Assembly: GCA_023227925.1 (NCBI GenBank)
Contig: JALOCE010000001.1
Coordinates: 539-64,538 of the forward strand
Direction of reading: 5' to 3'
Origin: Candidatus Omnitrophota bacterium
Lineage (GTDB): Bacteria > Omnitrophota > Gorgyraeia > Gygaellales > Profunditerraquicolaceae
DNA length: 64,000 nt
The position numbers and the translations under genes were made by a program. This document shows, in pieces, positions 30,204 through 40,696 of the stretch. The notes under the pieces were generated by a model, which was not told where the DNA came from, did not search any database, and was given only the letters and a program-made list of their open reading frames with translations. Each line of letters opens with the position of its first letter. The stretch's first letter is position 1.

Positions 30204-32093
30204 ATGGTAGCTAAGGAAACGAAACCCACATTTTTATCATTGGTACGCAGGTATGCGTTCCCCCTGCGTAAACAGATAGCCCTTTTGGTTCTCCTTACTC
30301 TTTTAGCTAACCTTTTTACCGTTATTCAACCGTTAATTCTCTCGGGCGTAATGGAAGTAGTCTTGGATGCCCAGGATGGCGGGATAGGCACGATAAAAAA
30401 CATTGATACTAAGAGCGAAGTAAATGCCAATTTTTTCGACTTAAATTATATAGGCAAGAAAGTAAAAAAAAGTATATTAGATTTCGCACATATAGATGCT
30501 AAGAATCTATGGGCAAACCTGGGGATTCTTTTTACCTTATTTATTGCATCTGTATTTTTTGCTTCCGTTTTAAATTATCTTTCCTTATTGGTAACGCGAT
30601 GGATCCGCGGCAAAGCCACTGCAATGATAAGATTGGATATTTTGCGCCATCTATTGTCTTTGAATCTAGGTTTTTTCCATAAGCAAAAATCAGGAGAGCT
30701 TATTTCGCGTATAACCCAGGATGCAGAAAATACCGGCCAAGGATTGGGGCCATTAATTCAATGCTGGATTAATTATACTCTTTTAATCATTATTTATGGC
30801 ACTTATCTGTTTAGCACCAGTCACTGGATGGCTATCGCGGCCATAGGGATGGTTTCGGTCCATTTCGGTTTTTCCCACTTTATTAAAAAGCCCGTACAAA
30901 GGAATACCAGGGGCCTTTTTGACCGGACTGCGGGTTTAACTACTACGTTACAAGAGACTTTTACCAGTATCCGCGTAATCAAGTCTTTCGGAGCCGAGAG
31001 CTATGAATTAAATAAGCTTGGCAGAGATATCGAAGCCGTAAGGATCGCAAGTTTCAGGGAGGGGGTTGTGCGGCACGTAGAGCCGCATGCACGGGAGTTT
31101 TTAGACTCCTTCGCCTTTACGGGAATATTTTTAATCGCCGTGTTCCAATTGATGCGCCACAGTTTATCCGTTCAGGGATTCTTGTTATTTATTTATGTCG
31201 GGCGCCTCCTTATCGTGCCTATAAATAACTTCGCGGTTAATTTTATTTGGGCAAAAGCAATGCTTGCTTCTTATGAGCGCTTGGCGGAGTTATTTTCGGA
31301 GAAACCCTTTGTTTTGGATGGCAATATTATCAAGACGGATTTCCGGGAGAATATAGTATTAAATAATGTTTCTTTTTCTTATGGCGCGGCTAATGTAATT
31401 GAAGATGTTTCTTTAACCATCAATAAAGGCGAAGTAGTGGCTCTGGTCGGCCCTTCCGGAGCAGGTAAGTCTACCTTGACGGATTTGATTTTAAGAGTTT
31501 ACGATCCCCAGAAAGGAAAAATTTTGATTGACGGTGCCAACTTAAGGACCTTGAAGGTTTCTGATTATAGTAAAATTTTTGGCGTGGTGCCCCAAGAGAG
31601 CTTATTATTTAACGATACAATAGAAAATAACATTCGTTATGGGAGGGGGCGGATTACCGATGATCAGATACGGGAGGCAGCGAAAATATCCAATGCGCAC
31701 GATTTTATTATGGAATTACCCGATGGTTATCAAACTTACGTCGGGGATAGGGGTGTGCGTCTTTCAGGGGGGCAGCGCCAACGTATAGCTATAGCCAGGG
31801 CTATTGTTTCTGATCCGGAAATCATTATTTTTGATGAAGCTACCAGTTCTTTGGATAGCGAGTCAGAGAGGCAGGTGCAGATAGCCATCGATAGGGTGCT
31901 TGAGAATTCAACCGCGATAATTATCGCGCATAGGCTATCTACGGTACTTCACGCGCATAAAACTATTGTTTTGCAGAAAGGGAAGATCGAAGCGATAGGC
32001 AGGCATGATAAACTTTTATCGGAATCACCGACTTACAAGTTACTCTATGAATCGCAATTCCGTAATATTAAAATAGGTGTAAAAACTCCGTGA
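30204..32093 (+). CDS. ABC transporter, fused permease/ATPase, exporter type (MsbA-like)
   Basis: Six predicted N-terminal TM helices, Walker A GPSGAGKSTL, ABC signature LSGGQRQRIAIARA, and Walker B IIIFDEATS. Confidence 0.85.
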   Translation: MVAKETKPTFLSLVRRYAFPLRKQIALLVLLTLLANLFTVIQPLILSGVMEVVLDAQDGGIGTIKNIDTKSEVNANFFDLNYIGKKVKKSILDFAHIDAKNLWANLGILFTLFIASVFFASVLNYLSLLVTRWIRGKATAMIRLDILRHLLSLNLGFFHKQKSGELISRITQDAENTGQGLGPLIQCWINYTLLIIIYGTYLFSTSHWMAIAAIGMVSVHFGFSHFIKKPVQRNTRGLFDRTAGLTTTLQETFTSIRVIKSFGAESYELNKLGRDIEAVRIASFREGVVRHVEPHAREFLDSFAFTGIFLIAVFQLMRHSLSVQGFLLFIYVGRLLIVPINNFAVNFIWAKAMLASYERLAELFSEKPFVLDGNIIKTDFRENIVLNNVSFSYGAANVIEDVSLTINKGEVVALVGPSGAGKSTLTDLILRVYDPQKGKILIDGANLRTLKVSDYSKIFGVVPQESLLFNDTIENNIRYGRGRITDDQIREAAKISNAHDFIMELPDGYQTYVGDRGVRLSGGQRQRIAIARAIVSDPEIIIFDEATSSLDSESERQVQIAIDRVLENSTAIIIAHRLSTVLHAHKTIVLQKGKIEAIGRHDKLLSESPTYKLLYESQFRNIKIGVKTP

Positions 32094-32107
32094 GGTAAGT
32101 TTTTATT

Positions 32108-32920
32108 ATGCAAGATAAATATTTGCTTTCGGTCCTGATTACAAACTATAACACATTGGATTTCATAAAATTATCCCTATTCGCCCTAAAAAAACTTACT
32201 AAAAATAAATACAAGGTTTTAATAAATGATAACGGTTCAAGGAAAAAAGAGGTGGATGAGCTTAAGCGGATCGGGGATACGAATAAAAATATCTTCGTTA
32301 ATTTCAGGCGCGCTCAACATGCGCATGCTTCTTATGCCCATGCAGAAGCATTAGATATATTAATCGATATGGCAGATACGGAATATACAGTTGTTTTAGA
32401 TAGCGATTGCATTTTTCTATTAAAAAACTGGGATGAGGCATTGATTAACGGCCTGAACGAAAAAATAAAGATTATAGGGACGCCTCTTCCGCAGGGCAGG
32501 AGTGGATTAAAGCCATACGATTTTCCATTCCAATTTGCCGTCTTGTTTGAGACTAAGATTTATAAAGAGCTTGAGATAAGTTGTATGCCGAAAGATATTT
32601 TAAAAGGCCAGGACACTTGCTGGGAATGGATGCCGAAATTTGTAAATAACGGTTACCTGGGAAGGATATTCACCGTTGAGAACACTAGGGACTTTAAGGA
32701 TGGGCCATTTAATAAAATAATTTGTGAAGAATATTATATTGATAATGGAAAATTAATTGTTTCTCATTTTGGTAGGGGTAGCAGCGGTGGAATAGTAAAG
32801 TATTATCATAAGTGGTATTTTAATATGCCTATTATCTCAAGAGCCATAAGGAAATACGCTGCATCTAAACAAAAAAAACGCTGGATGGATATATGTTATA
32901 ACTTGATTGTTGATCAGTAA
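32108..32920 (+). CDS. Family 2 glycosyltransferase
   Basis: N-terminal LSVLITNYNTLDFI and a DxD-containing region (LDSDCIF). Confidence 0.7.
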   Translation: MQDKYLLSVLITNYNTLDFIKLSLFALKKLTKNKYKVLINDNGSRKKEVDELKRIGDTNKNIFVNFRRAQHAHASYAHAEALDILIDMADTEYTVVLDSDCIFLLKNWDEALINGLNEKIKIIGTPLPQGRSGLKPYDFPFQFAVLFETKIYKELEISCMPKDILKGQDTCWEWMPKFVNNGYLGRIFTVENTRDFKDGPFNKIICEEYYIDNGKLIVSHFGRGSSGGIVKYYHKWYFNMPIISRAIRKYAASKQKKRWMDICYNLIVDQ

Positions 32921-33079
32921 TTTTCCGCCTAAAATGGAGATACAACGAGGAACTGTTGGTAGTATAAAAAACGACTCTTTGATAAAGGGGGTAACCGATA
33001 AAAAGTCTGAAGCGTTAAGTGGAGCATTTAAACGAAGTAGTTAGGTTAATGTTGTATAACGAAAGCCCTCTTTTTAAAT

Positions 33080-34444
33080 ATGAATAATTTTATGCGTACA
33101 TCCAGGAATATCAAAAATAAGTTATTAGGTTGTCAATCGGCTATTCGAAAAAAAGAAAATTATAAATACGAAATCAGTAAAAAACGGATTATCCTCATAG
33201 GGAATAATGAAAATCGTGGGTATGTTTTTGTCGATAGGTGGAGTTATTATGGTCACAGTACTTTTAGCGGTTTTCATTCTAATGATTTATTAGTTATTGG
33301 TTCATTCTGTTCAATTGCAGATAATGTCAAATTTATAGTTTGTAATGGGGACCATTATCCAAAGCGTACAGCTAATTTTCCCATTGGTACCTTCTTTCAC
33401 GAAGAACATCCAGATATTCATCGTAACTATACTAGAATAGGAAACGATGTTTGGATTGGTAATGGTGTCATAATTTTGCCTGGTGTTCGTATCGGTAACG
33501 GTGCAATTGTCGGGGCTGGGAGCGTGGTAACAAAAGATGTTGAGGATTTTGCTATTGTAACGGGAAATCCTTCAAGTAGAATTAAATGGCGTTTTGATAA
33601 TGAGGCAATTCGAAAAGCTATGCAAAATATCTGCTGGTGGGAATGGACAGATAAGACAATAGAAGAACGTCAGGAGTTTTTTTTACTGCCAGCAGGAGAA
33701 GCCGTTCAACTTGCCGTAAAAAATGGATGGATTAAAGCAAGAGATATTCCATCAAGCTATTTAAATGAAATAAAAGATTTTTTCCCGACGATTCTTTCCG
33801 TAAATGAACTTGATAATTTGGTAAGAGATTTTTTATATAGGGAGGACTCTGCGTTAATGATAAACAGACATAAAACATTAAGTTTTGAAAATATAGCTGT
33901 ATGGATCGCTTTACTTAAACAGAATACTCCTAAGGTTATCGTTGAATACGGAACACAATTGGGATGTTCCTCCGTAATTATCGCAAGGCTTTGCCGATAT
34001 TTAGGAATTAATGCAAGAATTATTACGATAGATAACAAAAGAGAATTAATTTATCGCGATCCAGCAGTAGAATACATCAGAGATGATTTTACAAATAAAA
34101 TATCGCAAATATGGAAATTTTGGAATCCCGATGTTATATTTCAAAATGCTAATACATATAACTTAATTCACAAATTACTTATTGAAGGAGAGTGCCATCG
34201 GGGTACGATTCACTTGCTTCATAACGTTGGATTCCGGTCATTTAAAAATCCCATGGAAATATCATTTGAAACGGTGCCTTCGGGTAGCTTGGGCTATTGG
34301 GAGCGTCATGCTCTTACGCACTACTCTAAGGATTTATTGGAAGTTAATATAAGAATTTTTTCCAATGATAAAATAAAAATTCATATTTTTGACGCTTGTG
34401 CTGATTCCAATGAATATGGGATAGGGGTTTTGAAATTCGCTTAA
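33080..34444 (+). CDS. Fusion: hexapeptide-repeat (xenobiotic/CAT-like) acetyltransferase plus CmcI-like class I methyltransferase domain
   Basis: N-terminal hexapeptide repeats: VWIGNGVIILPGVRIGNGAIVGAGSVVTKDVEDFAIVTGNPSSRI. C-terminal TPKVIVEYGTQLGCSSVIIARL resembles the macrocin-O-MTase/CmcI fold. The gene has markedly lower GC than its neighbours. Confidence 0.55.
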   Translation: MNNFMRTSRNIKNKLLGCQSAIRKKENYKYEISKKRIILIGNNENRGYVFVDRWSYYGHSTFSGFHSNDLLVIGSFCSIADNVKFIVCNGDHYPKRTANFPIGTFFHEEHPDIHRNYTRIGNDVWIGNGVIILPGVRIGNGAIVGAGSVVTKDVEDFAIVTGNPSSRIKWRFDNEAIRKAMQNICWWEWTDKTIEERQEFFLLPAGEAVQLAVKNGWIKARDIPSSYLNEIKDFFPTILSVNELDNLVRDFLYREDSALMINRHKTLSFENIAVWIALLKQNTPKVIVEYGTQLGCSSVIIARLCRYLGINARIITIDNKRELIYRDPAVEYIRDDFTNKISQIWKFWNPDVIFQNANTYNLIHKLLIEGECHRGTIHLLHNVGFRSFKNPMEISFETVPSGSLGYWERHALTHYSKDLLEVNIRIFSNDKIKIHIFDACADSNEYGIGVLKFA

Positions 34445-34470
34445 AATTGTAGCTTCGATTTATCGGAAGA

Positions 34471-35589
34471 ATGAAAAAAGCAACTCTTTGCAACAAAAGA
34501 AAACTGGGGGAAAATTTGTTACGGCTTAATCGATTCCCAATGATTACTAAATATTCGTTTATAAAAAATTTACTTTTTAAAAATGACGTTTATTACATAA
34601 CAGAAAATAATGATTGGATAATAACTCAGATAGGTAAACAGATTAGAAAGTCACTCAATAGGATAGGGATAAAATCCTCGGTTACGGTAACACAAAAAGG
34701 AATCTATAATTCTGTAATCCATTACGGATCGATAAATACTTTTTATCCCGAATGTAACAGGTTGATTATGCCGCATAAAAGTAATAAGACGATAGTCACG
34801 TATTTTCATGTTGTTCCCGGTGACAAGAGGCTCGCGGATATTAAGAAAATAGACGGATTTGTCGATATATGGCATACGGCATGCAATAAGACAAAGAATG
34901 ATTTAATAAAGATCGGTATCCCGCAAGAAAAGATCAGGGTTGTCCCGGTGGGTATTGATTTAGGGTTTTTTAAACCTGTCTCTCAAGAAGAAAAAAATAC
35001 ACTTAGGCTTAAACTTGGCATTCCGCAGGGAAGCATCGTTATCGGATCTTTCCAAAAGGATGGGATCGGCTGGGACGAAGGCCTTGAGCCAAAACTTATT
35101 AAAGGGCCAGACCTGTTTTGCGAAGCCGTAAAAACACTAGCGAAAAAATACCCGGTTTATGTTTTACTTACAGGGCCGGCCCGCGGGTATGTAAAAAATA
35201 AACTTGAAGATTCAAAAATTCCCTACAGGCATTCATTCGTAAGGCGCAGTGAATTGCCAAAACTTTACGGCATATTGGATCTTTATCTGATTACGTCGAA
35301 GATCGAAGGCGTTCCTATGTCCGTGTTGGAATGTATGGCTACCCAAACTCCATTCGTAACCACCAGGGTCGGCCTTGCGCCTGATATAATCAGGGATCTT
35401 GATAATGGCTTACTTTGTGATATCGATGATATCGATGAGGTTGTCAGGAAATCCCAATTGCTTATTGAAGATAATAACCTGAGAGAAAAGATCGCATTTA
35501 ACATGGGGAGAGATATCTTAAAATTTTCCTGGGAGAATATTATCAGGGAATATAAGGAAAAATTATATTCTGAGCTGATTGCTTGTTAA
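34471..35589 (+). CDS. GT4-family (GT-B) glycosyltransferase
   Basis: C-terminal EX7E-type motif EGVPMSVLECMATQTPFVTTRVGLAPDII. Confidence 0.8.
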   Translation: MKKATLCNKRKLGENLLRLNRFPMITKYSFIKNLLFKNDVYYITENNDWIITQIGKQIRKSLNRIGIKSSVTVTQKGIYNSVIHYGSINTFYPECNRLIMPHKSNKTIVTYFHVVPGDKRLADIKKIDGFVDIWHTACNKTKNDLIKIGIPQEKIRVVPVGIDLGFFKPVSQEEKNTLRLKLGIPQGSIVIGSFQKDGIGWDEGLEPKLIKGPDLFCEAVKTLAKKYPVYVLLTGPARGYVKNKLEDSKIPYRHSFVRRSELPKLYGILDLYLITSKIEGVPMSVLECMATQTPFVTTRVGLAPDIIRDLDNGLLCDIDDIDEVVRKSQLLIEDNNLREKIAFNMGRDILKFSWENIIREYKEKLYSELIAC

Positions 35590-36239
35590 AAATTATGCCT
35601 AAATTTATTAACGAATTTTATAGCCGTTCTTTGCACCGGCAATTATTAGAAAAGAATATCAAGCTTTATTCGTCATATGTAAAGGGTAGAGTCCTTGATG
35701 TAGGTTCAAGGAATAGGCGGTACGATCCAATATTTAAAGATGCAGGTAGCATTATCGCTATAGATATAAAGCCGCAAAAAAATAAGAATATAATTCCGGC
35801 AGACGCTATTAATTTACCCTTTGGGGAAAATTGTTTTGACGTAGTTGTTTCATTCGAGGTCTTGGAATATATGGGAGATGTCGAAAGAGCGCTTGAGGAA
35901 ATGGCAAGGGTGATGAAGAAGGACGGTCTGTTGATCTTTTCGGTCCCCTTTTTAGACCCTGTGCATGGCGATGTCGATAATGTCAGATATACGGTTAAAT
36001 CCTGGGAGCAACTGCTTACAAGGCATTTCGAGGTTAAGAAGGTCATTATCCTTGGAGGGCGTTATTCATTAATGTGGGATCTATTTTTTGAGAAAGCAAG
36101 AAATTGTTATCGGACAACAGGTAAGTTTTTGTTATTTCCTGCTTTAGCTTTTTCAAAAAAAATCGTAAGTTTTCTTGATAAGAAAGAAAAAGGCTGGAGA
36201 TTCCCTATGGGGTACTTTTTCATATGCAAAAAAATATAG
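35583..36239 (+). CDS. Class I SAM-dependent methyltransferase (Methyltransf_11-like)
   Basis: VLDVGSRNRRY motif I, FDVVVSFEVLEYMGD, and DGLLIFSVP. Confidence 0.7.
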   Translation: MLKIMPKFINEFYSRSLHRQLLEKNIKLYSSYVKGRVLDVGSRNRRYDPIFKDAGSIIAIDIKPQKNKNIIPADAINLPFGENCFDVVVSFEVLEYMGDVERALEEMARVMKKDGLLIFSVPFLDPVHGDVDNVRYTVKSWEQLLTRHFEVKKVIILGGRYSLMWDLFFEKARNCYRTTGKFLLFPALAFSKKIVSFLDKKEKGWRFPMGYFFICKKI

Positions 36240-37027
36240 CGGCTTTCAGGATTGACGACATATTTGCTGCCAGTAAAGTAAACGAGGCTTACGGTAAAGA
36301 TTACATATCCTTAGGTTCAAAGAGCATACCGGTCTCTATTATCTCTAATTTCCTCTTTATGAAATATATACCGGGCTTCAGGAAGCTATCGCCTTACCGC
36401 GAGATCAGCGTATCAGAATGGGAAGGCATATTTGCGATATTGAAAAATAAAAATGCAAGGCTTACAGTGGGAGTCACGGCAACATGGGTGGAGAAGGACG
36501 GTGCGTTAATCCCGTTTTTTGAGAAGTTCCCTCGCGAGGCTGAAATTTTAAGAAAGGCTCTCCGGGACGGGATAATAGAAATAGCGAATCATGGCCTTAC
36601 CCACTGCGTTATAGGAAAACACCTCCCGCGTTTATTTTCTTCAAACCGTTCCTATCATAGAGAGTTTTGGGATTGGATCCCCATGGAAGTCCATAGAGAG
36701 CATATGAAAATTTCCCAGGAATTGCTTGGTAAATATTTCGGCTGCCAGATCCTTACTTTTATACCCCCGGGAAACGTTTGGAACAGTAATACCGAGAAAT
36801 TTGCTTTTGAATATGGGATCAGGTATTTATCCGGCAGGGAATCGCTTTGTCCCAGCGGCAAGATAAGCAATGGCCTATTGTATATAGGAGAAGCTAATGT
36901 CATTGCTTTCCATGACCGGGAAATTATATTAAATGGGTTACACTGGCTTGAGAATTTAATAAAAATAAACGCCGATAAGAAAATAGTAACAATAAAAGAA
37001 TTAGGTGAAACCTTTGTTGATGCTTGA
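36224..37027 (+). CDS. Polysaccharide deacetylase-like (NodB/CE4-like) protein, tentative
   Basis: RIDDIF (TFDDG-like), NHGLTHCV (HxxxH-like), and IPPGNVWN segments. The match is weak. Confidence 0.3.
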   Translation: MQKNIAAFRIDDIFAASKVNEAYGKDYISLGSKSIPVSIISNFLFMKYIPGFRKLSPYREISVSEWEGIFAILKNKNARLTVGVTATWVEKDGALIPFFEKFPREAEILRKALRDGIIEIANHGLTHCVIGKHLPRLFSSNRSYHREFWDWIPMEVHREHMKISQELLGKYFGCQILTFIPPGNVWNSNTEKFAFEYGIRYLSGRESLCPSGKISNGLLYIGEANVIAFHDREIILNGLHWLENLIKINADKKIVTIKELGETFVDA

Positions 37028-37997
37028 TGGTATAAAGATTGCTTTAGGGTACGAAATAAGAGAAGGCCCGTGGGGAGGGGGGAATCAGTTTTTGGCCTCC
37101 TTTAAGGATTATTTTGAGAAGAAGGGGTCCAGGATAGTGCATCATTTAGAGGAAGGATCAGATCTGATTATTTTGATTAATCCTCTCAGAGGCAGCGGGA
37201 CTTTTAATCATAAGGACATCATAAGATTTAAACGCCGTAACCCAAAAACCAAGGTAATTACGAGGGTTAATGACTGTAATAAATCAAAGTTAAATGATGT
37301 TGGCGACAGGGATACCTTGAGGCTGGAGGCCTGCAAGGTTTCTGATGCGGTTGTTTTTATCAGTGAATGGCTGCGGGATTACTATATCGAGAAAGGTTTT
37401 AACCGCGGTATCCGCCATACAGTAATAAGAAACGGCGTAGATAAAGAAGTATTTAATGCCGAAGGTTATACTCCCTGGGAACCGGGGATCCCCATGAAAA
37501 TAGTAACACATCATTGGTCTTATAATTGGAATAAAGGCGCAGATATATACATATGGTTTGACAAATTATTGGAAGACCCCTGGATGAAAGAACAGTTTGA
37601 ATTTACTTATATCGGGCGTTTACCCAGGATAACGCCAAAGTCTAGCGAGGTTAAATTCAAGAATATCCGCTATATTCCTCCTTTATCAGGCATGGCCTTA
37701 GCCGATGAGCTTAAGGAGCATCATGTTTATTTGACTGCTTCAAGATGGGAGCCGGGAGGTATGCATCAACTGGAAGGTGCCTGTTGCGGGTTACCGCTTA
37801 TTTTTAACCGCGAAGGCGGAGGAATAGTCGAAAGTTGCCGGGGTTTCGGCGTTGAGTTTACAGAAGAAAACTTTCCTATCAGTCTTTTTAAAATGCTCGA
37901 GCAGTATAGGGATTTTGTTTTAAAAATGAATAATTTTTCTTCAACGGCAGATGTGATGAATAAAAAATACGAAGAACTGATCTTGGGTCTGTTCTAA
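37005..37997 (+). CDS. Divergent GT-B-like glycosyltransferase, tandem paralogue 1
   Basis: Shares a KIALGY.IR.GPWGGGNQF N-terminus and the C-terminal motif YLTA.RWE.GGMHQLEGACCGLP (EX7E-like) with the product of 38019-38990. Confidence 0.5.
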   Translation: MKPLLMLDGIKIALGYEIREGPWGGGNQFLASFKDYFEKKGSRIVHHLEEGSDLIILINPLRGSGTFNHKDIIRFKRRNPKTKVITRVNDCNKSKLNDVGDRDTLRLEACKVSDAVVFISEWLRDYYIEKGFNRGIRHTVIRNGVDKEVFNAEGYTPWEPGIPMKIVTHHWSYNWNKGADIYIWFDKLLEDPWMKEQFEFTYIGRLPRITPKSSEVKFKNIRYIPPLSGMALADELKEHHVYLTASRWEPGGMHQLEGACCGLPLIFNREGGGIVESCRGFGVEFTEENFPISLFKMLEQYRDFVLKMNNFSSTADVMNKKYEELILGLF

Positions 37998-38018
37998 AAA
38001 TAATAGGCTATAGTTACC

Positions 38019-38990
38019 ATGATGCTTGAAGGTGTTAAAATAGCTTTAGGATATAAAATCAGAAATGGCCCCTGGGGCGGGGGAAATCAATTTCTTATTT
38101 CTTTCAAAGACTACTTTGAATCAGGGGGCGCCAGAGTCACAGACCATCTGGAAGAAGCATTAGATATGGTGGTAATGGTTAATCCGCGTAAAGGAAGCGG
38201 TACATTTGACTATAATGATGTATTAAAATATAAACGCCGTAATCCTAAAACTAAGATTATCTTTAGAGTCAATGATACGGATAAAAGCGGGAAAATCTAT
38301 AAGGCGGATAAGCTGCGCTTAAAGTCTTGCCGGCTGGCTGATGCAGTTGTCTTTATAAGTGATTGGATTCGCGATTATTATATTGAACGGGGCTTTGATT
38401 GCCGGATTCCTCATATAGTAATAAGAAATGGAGCGGATGAAAATATCTTTAATCCCCAAGGTTATTCTGTCTGGGATAGTTCGCGGCCTTTAAAAATCGT
38501 TACGCACCACTGGTCTGATAATTGCATGAAGGGCGCGGATATATATCAATATTTTGACCAATTGTTGGATGACCCTTGGATGAAGCAGCGTTTTGAGTTT
38601 ACTTATATCGGGCAACTCCCTAGCTACCCTACAAAAGTGCAGTTTCGTAATACCCGCTATATTCCTCCTTTATCAGGCATGGCCTTAGCCGGTGAGCTAA
38701 AGAAGCATCATGTATACCTGACTGCCGCAAGATGGGAAGGATGCGGCATGCATCAATTGGAAGGCGCATGTTGCGGATTGCCGGTTTTATTCATAGATGA
38801 AGGCGGAGGCGCAGTTGAATGTTGCGAGGGATTCGGCATACAATTTACAAAAGATACTTTTGCGATAAGCCTTTTTAAGATGTTGAAGCAATATATAGGG
38901 TTCCAACCAAAAATGAGAACATTTCCCCTTAATGCGACTTTGATGGTCAGGAAATATGCAGATTTTATACTAAGCGTGTTAAAAAAATAA
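38019..38990 (+). CDS. Divergent GT-B-like glycosyltransferase, tandem paralogue 2
   Basis: Homologous throughout to the product of 37005-37997. Confidence 0.5.
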   Translation: MMLEGVKIALGYKIRNGPWGGGNQFLISFKDYFESGGARVTDHLEEALDMVVMVNPRKGSGTFDYNDVLKYKRRNPKTKIIFRVNDTDKSGKIYKADKLRLKSCRLADAVVFISDWIRDYYIERGFDCRIPHIVIRNGADENIFNPQGYSVWDSSRPLKIVTHHWSDNCMKGADIYQYFDQLLDDPWMKQRFEFTYIGQLPSYPTKVQFRNTRYIPPLSGMALAGELKKHHVYLTAARWEGCGMHQLEGACCGLPVLFIDEGGGAVECCEGFGIQFTKDTFAISLFKMLKQYIGFQPKMRTFPLNATLMVRKYADFILSVLKK

Positions 38991-38999
38991 GGAAGCCGG

Positions 39000-39959
39000 A
39001 TGGGAGAAGAGCGCAGGGTGCATGATTATCAAATTATAGATTCAGGCGATAAACGCATTTTAATCTTTGGCGGCAATAGATACGAAACAGTCTATAGCAG
39101 GAAACTTATTGAGCTTATCATCGAGAGAAAAGGTTTGGCCAGGACGCCCGAGTATTTCGTGCATAAAGAAAAACGGGAGTATTTACTTTTACCCCTTTTT
39201 AACTATTTGAATTCCCACGGTTATAAGGGCTTAAGAGTCCTTGAGGTAGGCTGCTCCGGAGGGCAATTTACCGAATTATTGAATAAACAAGATTGTTTTG
39301 GCCAGATATATAGTTATGATATTGATAAATTGCTTGTAGAGGTAACTAAAACGAAGGTAGATGAATTGGGCTTAAATAAGGTAAAACAAGTTGATTGTTT
39401 TTCTTCCCGGGAGACCACAAGCCTTCCCTATGAAAATAATTTTTTTGATGTAATCATTGTTTCGTCCGTTTTAGAACATTTGCCTTTTGAAAATAGATAT
39501 ATATATGTCGATGAGTACTACCGGAAGCTGAAGACAGGCGGATTGATAGCCTTTTTAGATACGCCCAACAGGAATTACCCGCTGGAGTCGCATTCTGTGG
39601 GCTTGCCGTTTATAAGCAAGTTTTCTGCGCAGACGGCATTTATATATGCGAAATTATTCGGTAAATTAAAAGGAGTCGATTTTCCCGAATTTGTGCGTGC
39701 AGGTACGGGATGGAGGAATGCGAGTTACTACGATTGTTTGCCAAAAACTTTATTTTTCGTCGTGAAAGATGTCTCCGAAGAAATGGATTATGGGTACGCA
39801 TTCTTTAAAAAAATGCGCCGGACTATGAGATCTAAAATTTTTATTTTACCTTTTTTATCTCTGATCAGGTTTATCGCGCTAAGGTTAGATTTTCCTGTTT
39901 CTTTCTTTCTGCCGTACCTGAATGTTGTTTTCAAGAAAACCCATGATTATGAAAAATAG
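39000..39959 (+). CDS. Class I SAM-dependent methyltransferase
   Basis: LRVLEVGCSGGQFTE motif I and FDVIIVSSVLEHL. Confidence 0.7.
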   Translation: MGEERRVHDYQIIDSGDKRILIFGGNRYETVYSRKLIELIIERKGLARTPEYFVHKEKREYLLLPLFNYLNSHGYKGLRVLEVGCSGGQFTELLNKQDCFGQIYSYDIDKLLVEVTKTKVDELGLNKVKQVDCFSSRETTSLPYENNFFDVIIVSSVLEHLPFENRYIYVDEYYRKLKTGGLIAFLDTPNRNYPLESHSVGLPFISKFSAQTAFIYAKLFGKLKGVDFPEFVRAGTGWRNASYYDCLPKTLFFVVKDVSEEMDYGYAFFKKMRRTMRSKIFILPFLSLIRFIALRLDFPVSFFLPYLNVVFKKTHDYEK

Positions 39960-39979
39960 TTTTAATCCAGGAGGAGTTA

Positions 39980-40669
39980 ATGCGGATAAAAAATAGCCAA
40001 TCAAAAGAAGAGTATTGTAAGATTCAGATTACCGCGTCAAAAACTAAATTCCGTTATTGTAAAGTCAGTACGCGCTGCGTCCAGCGTTTTAGCGAAGTGG
40101 TCCGTAAGAGTAGCGGCGGAAAAATCAAGGGGCCGGTTTTATGCCTTGGGACGCGTAATGGCCGGGAATTAGACCTCTTCAGGATATATTTCTTTGGTAA
40201 TTTTTTGCATAAGCTCATAGTAAGGCTATTCGAGAGAAGGCGGTATGCTTTTTCTTCCTGGTTTTCTTTCACAGAATTATTCGGCGCAAGCGATATTAAA
40301 AAAATCGGCGAAAGAAGCGTTGTGGGAGTGGAGTTAAACCCTGATGGAAAAAGAAAAGATGTTTTTATCGGCAGTTTTGATGAATTACCCGCAGAATGGA
40401 CATCTAAGTTCAGGGTAGTCTTTGCCAATACCCTGGACCATGCTTTTGATCCTTATAAGGCTGCCGGGGAATGGAATAGGGTGCTTGCTCCGGGAGGCCA
40501 TATTATTATTAGTTTTCCTGGCGAAAAGACTACGGAATCTTTCGTTGATTCGGTAAGTAATATTACATTGGAAGATACAATAAAGTTATTCCCCGGGGAA
40601 CTGGTTTATTTTAACAAATTCGGCACTATTTTCAGCGACGTTATTATTAAAAAAACGGATAATATTTAG
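39980..40669 (+). CDS. Hypothetical protein, possibly a methyltransferase-like fold
   Basis: VLCLGTRNGRELD and VLAPGGHIIISFPGE resemble methyltransferase motifs I and post-III. The match is weak. Confidence 0.3.
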   Translation: MRIKNSQSKEEYCKIQITASKTKFRYCKVSTRCVQRFSEVVRKSSGGKIKGPVLCLGTRNGRELDLFRIYFFGNFLHKLIVRLFERRRYAFSSWFSFTELFGASDIKKIGERSVVGVELNPDGKRKDVFIGSFDELPAEWTSKFRVVFANTLDHAFDPYKAAGEWNRVLAPGGHIIISFPGEKTTESFVDSVSNITLEDTIKLFPGELVYFNKFGTIFSDVIIKKTDNI

Positions 40670-40696
40670 GGCGATTTTTATCAGTAAGATACCGTT

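Noticed and set aside
32921-33079. Small RNA or riboswitch in the 159-nt gap
   Set aside because: No conserved riboswitch-like motif or stable extended structure is recognisable by eye. The gap is AT-rich and more consistent with a promoter region for the low-GC insert.
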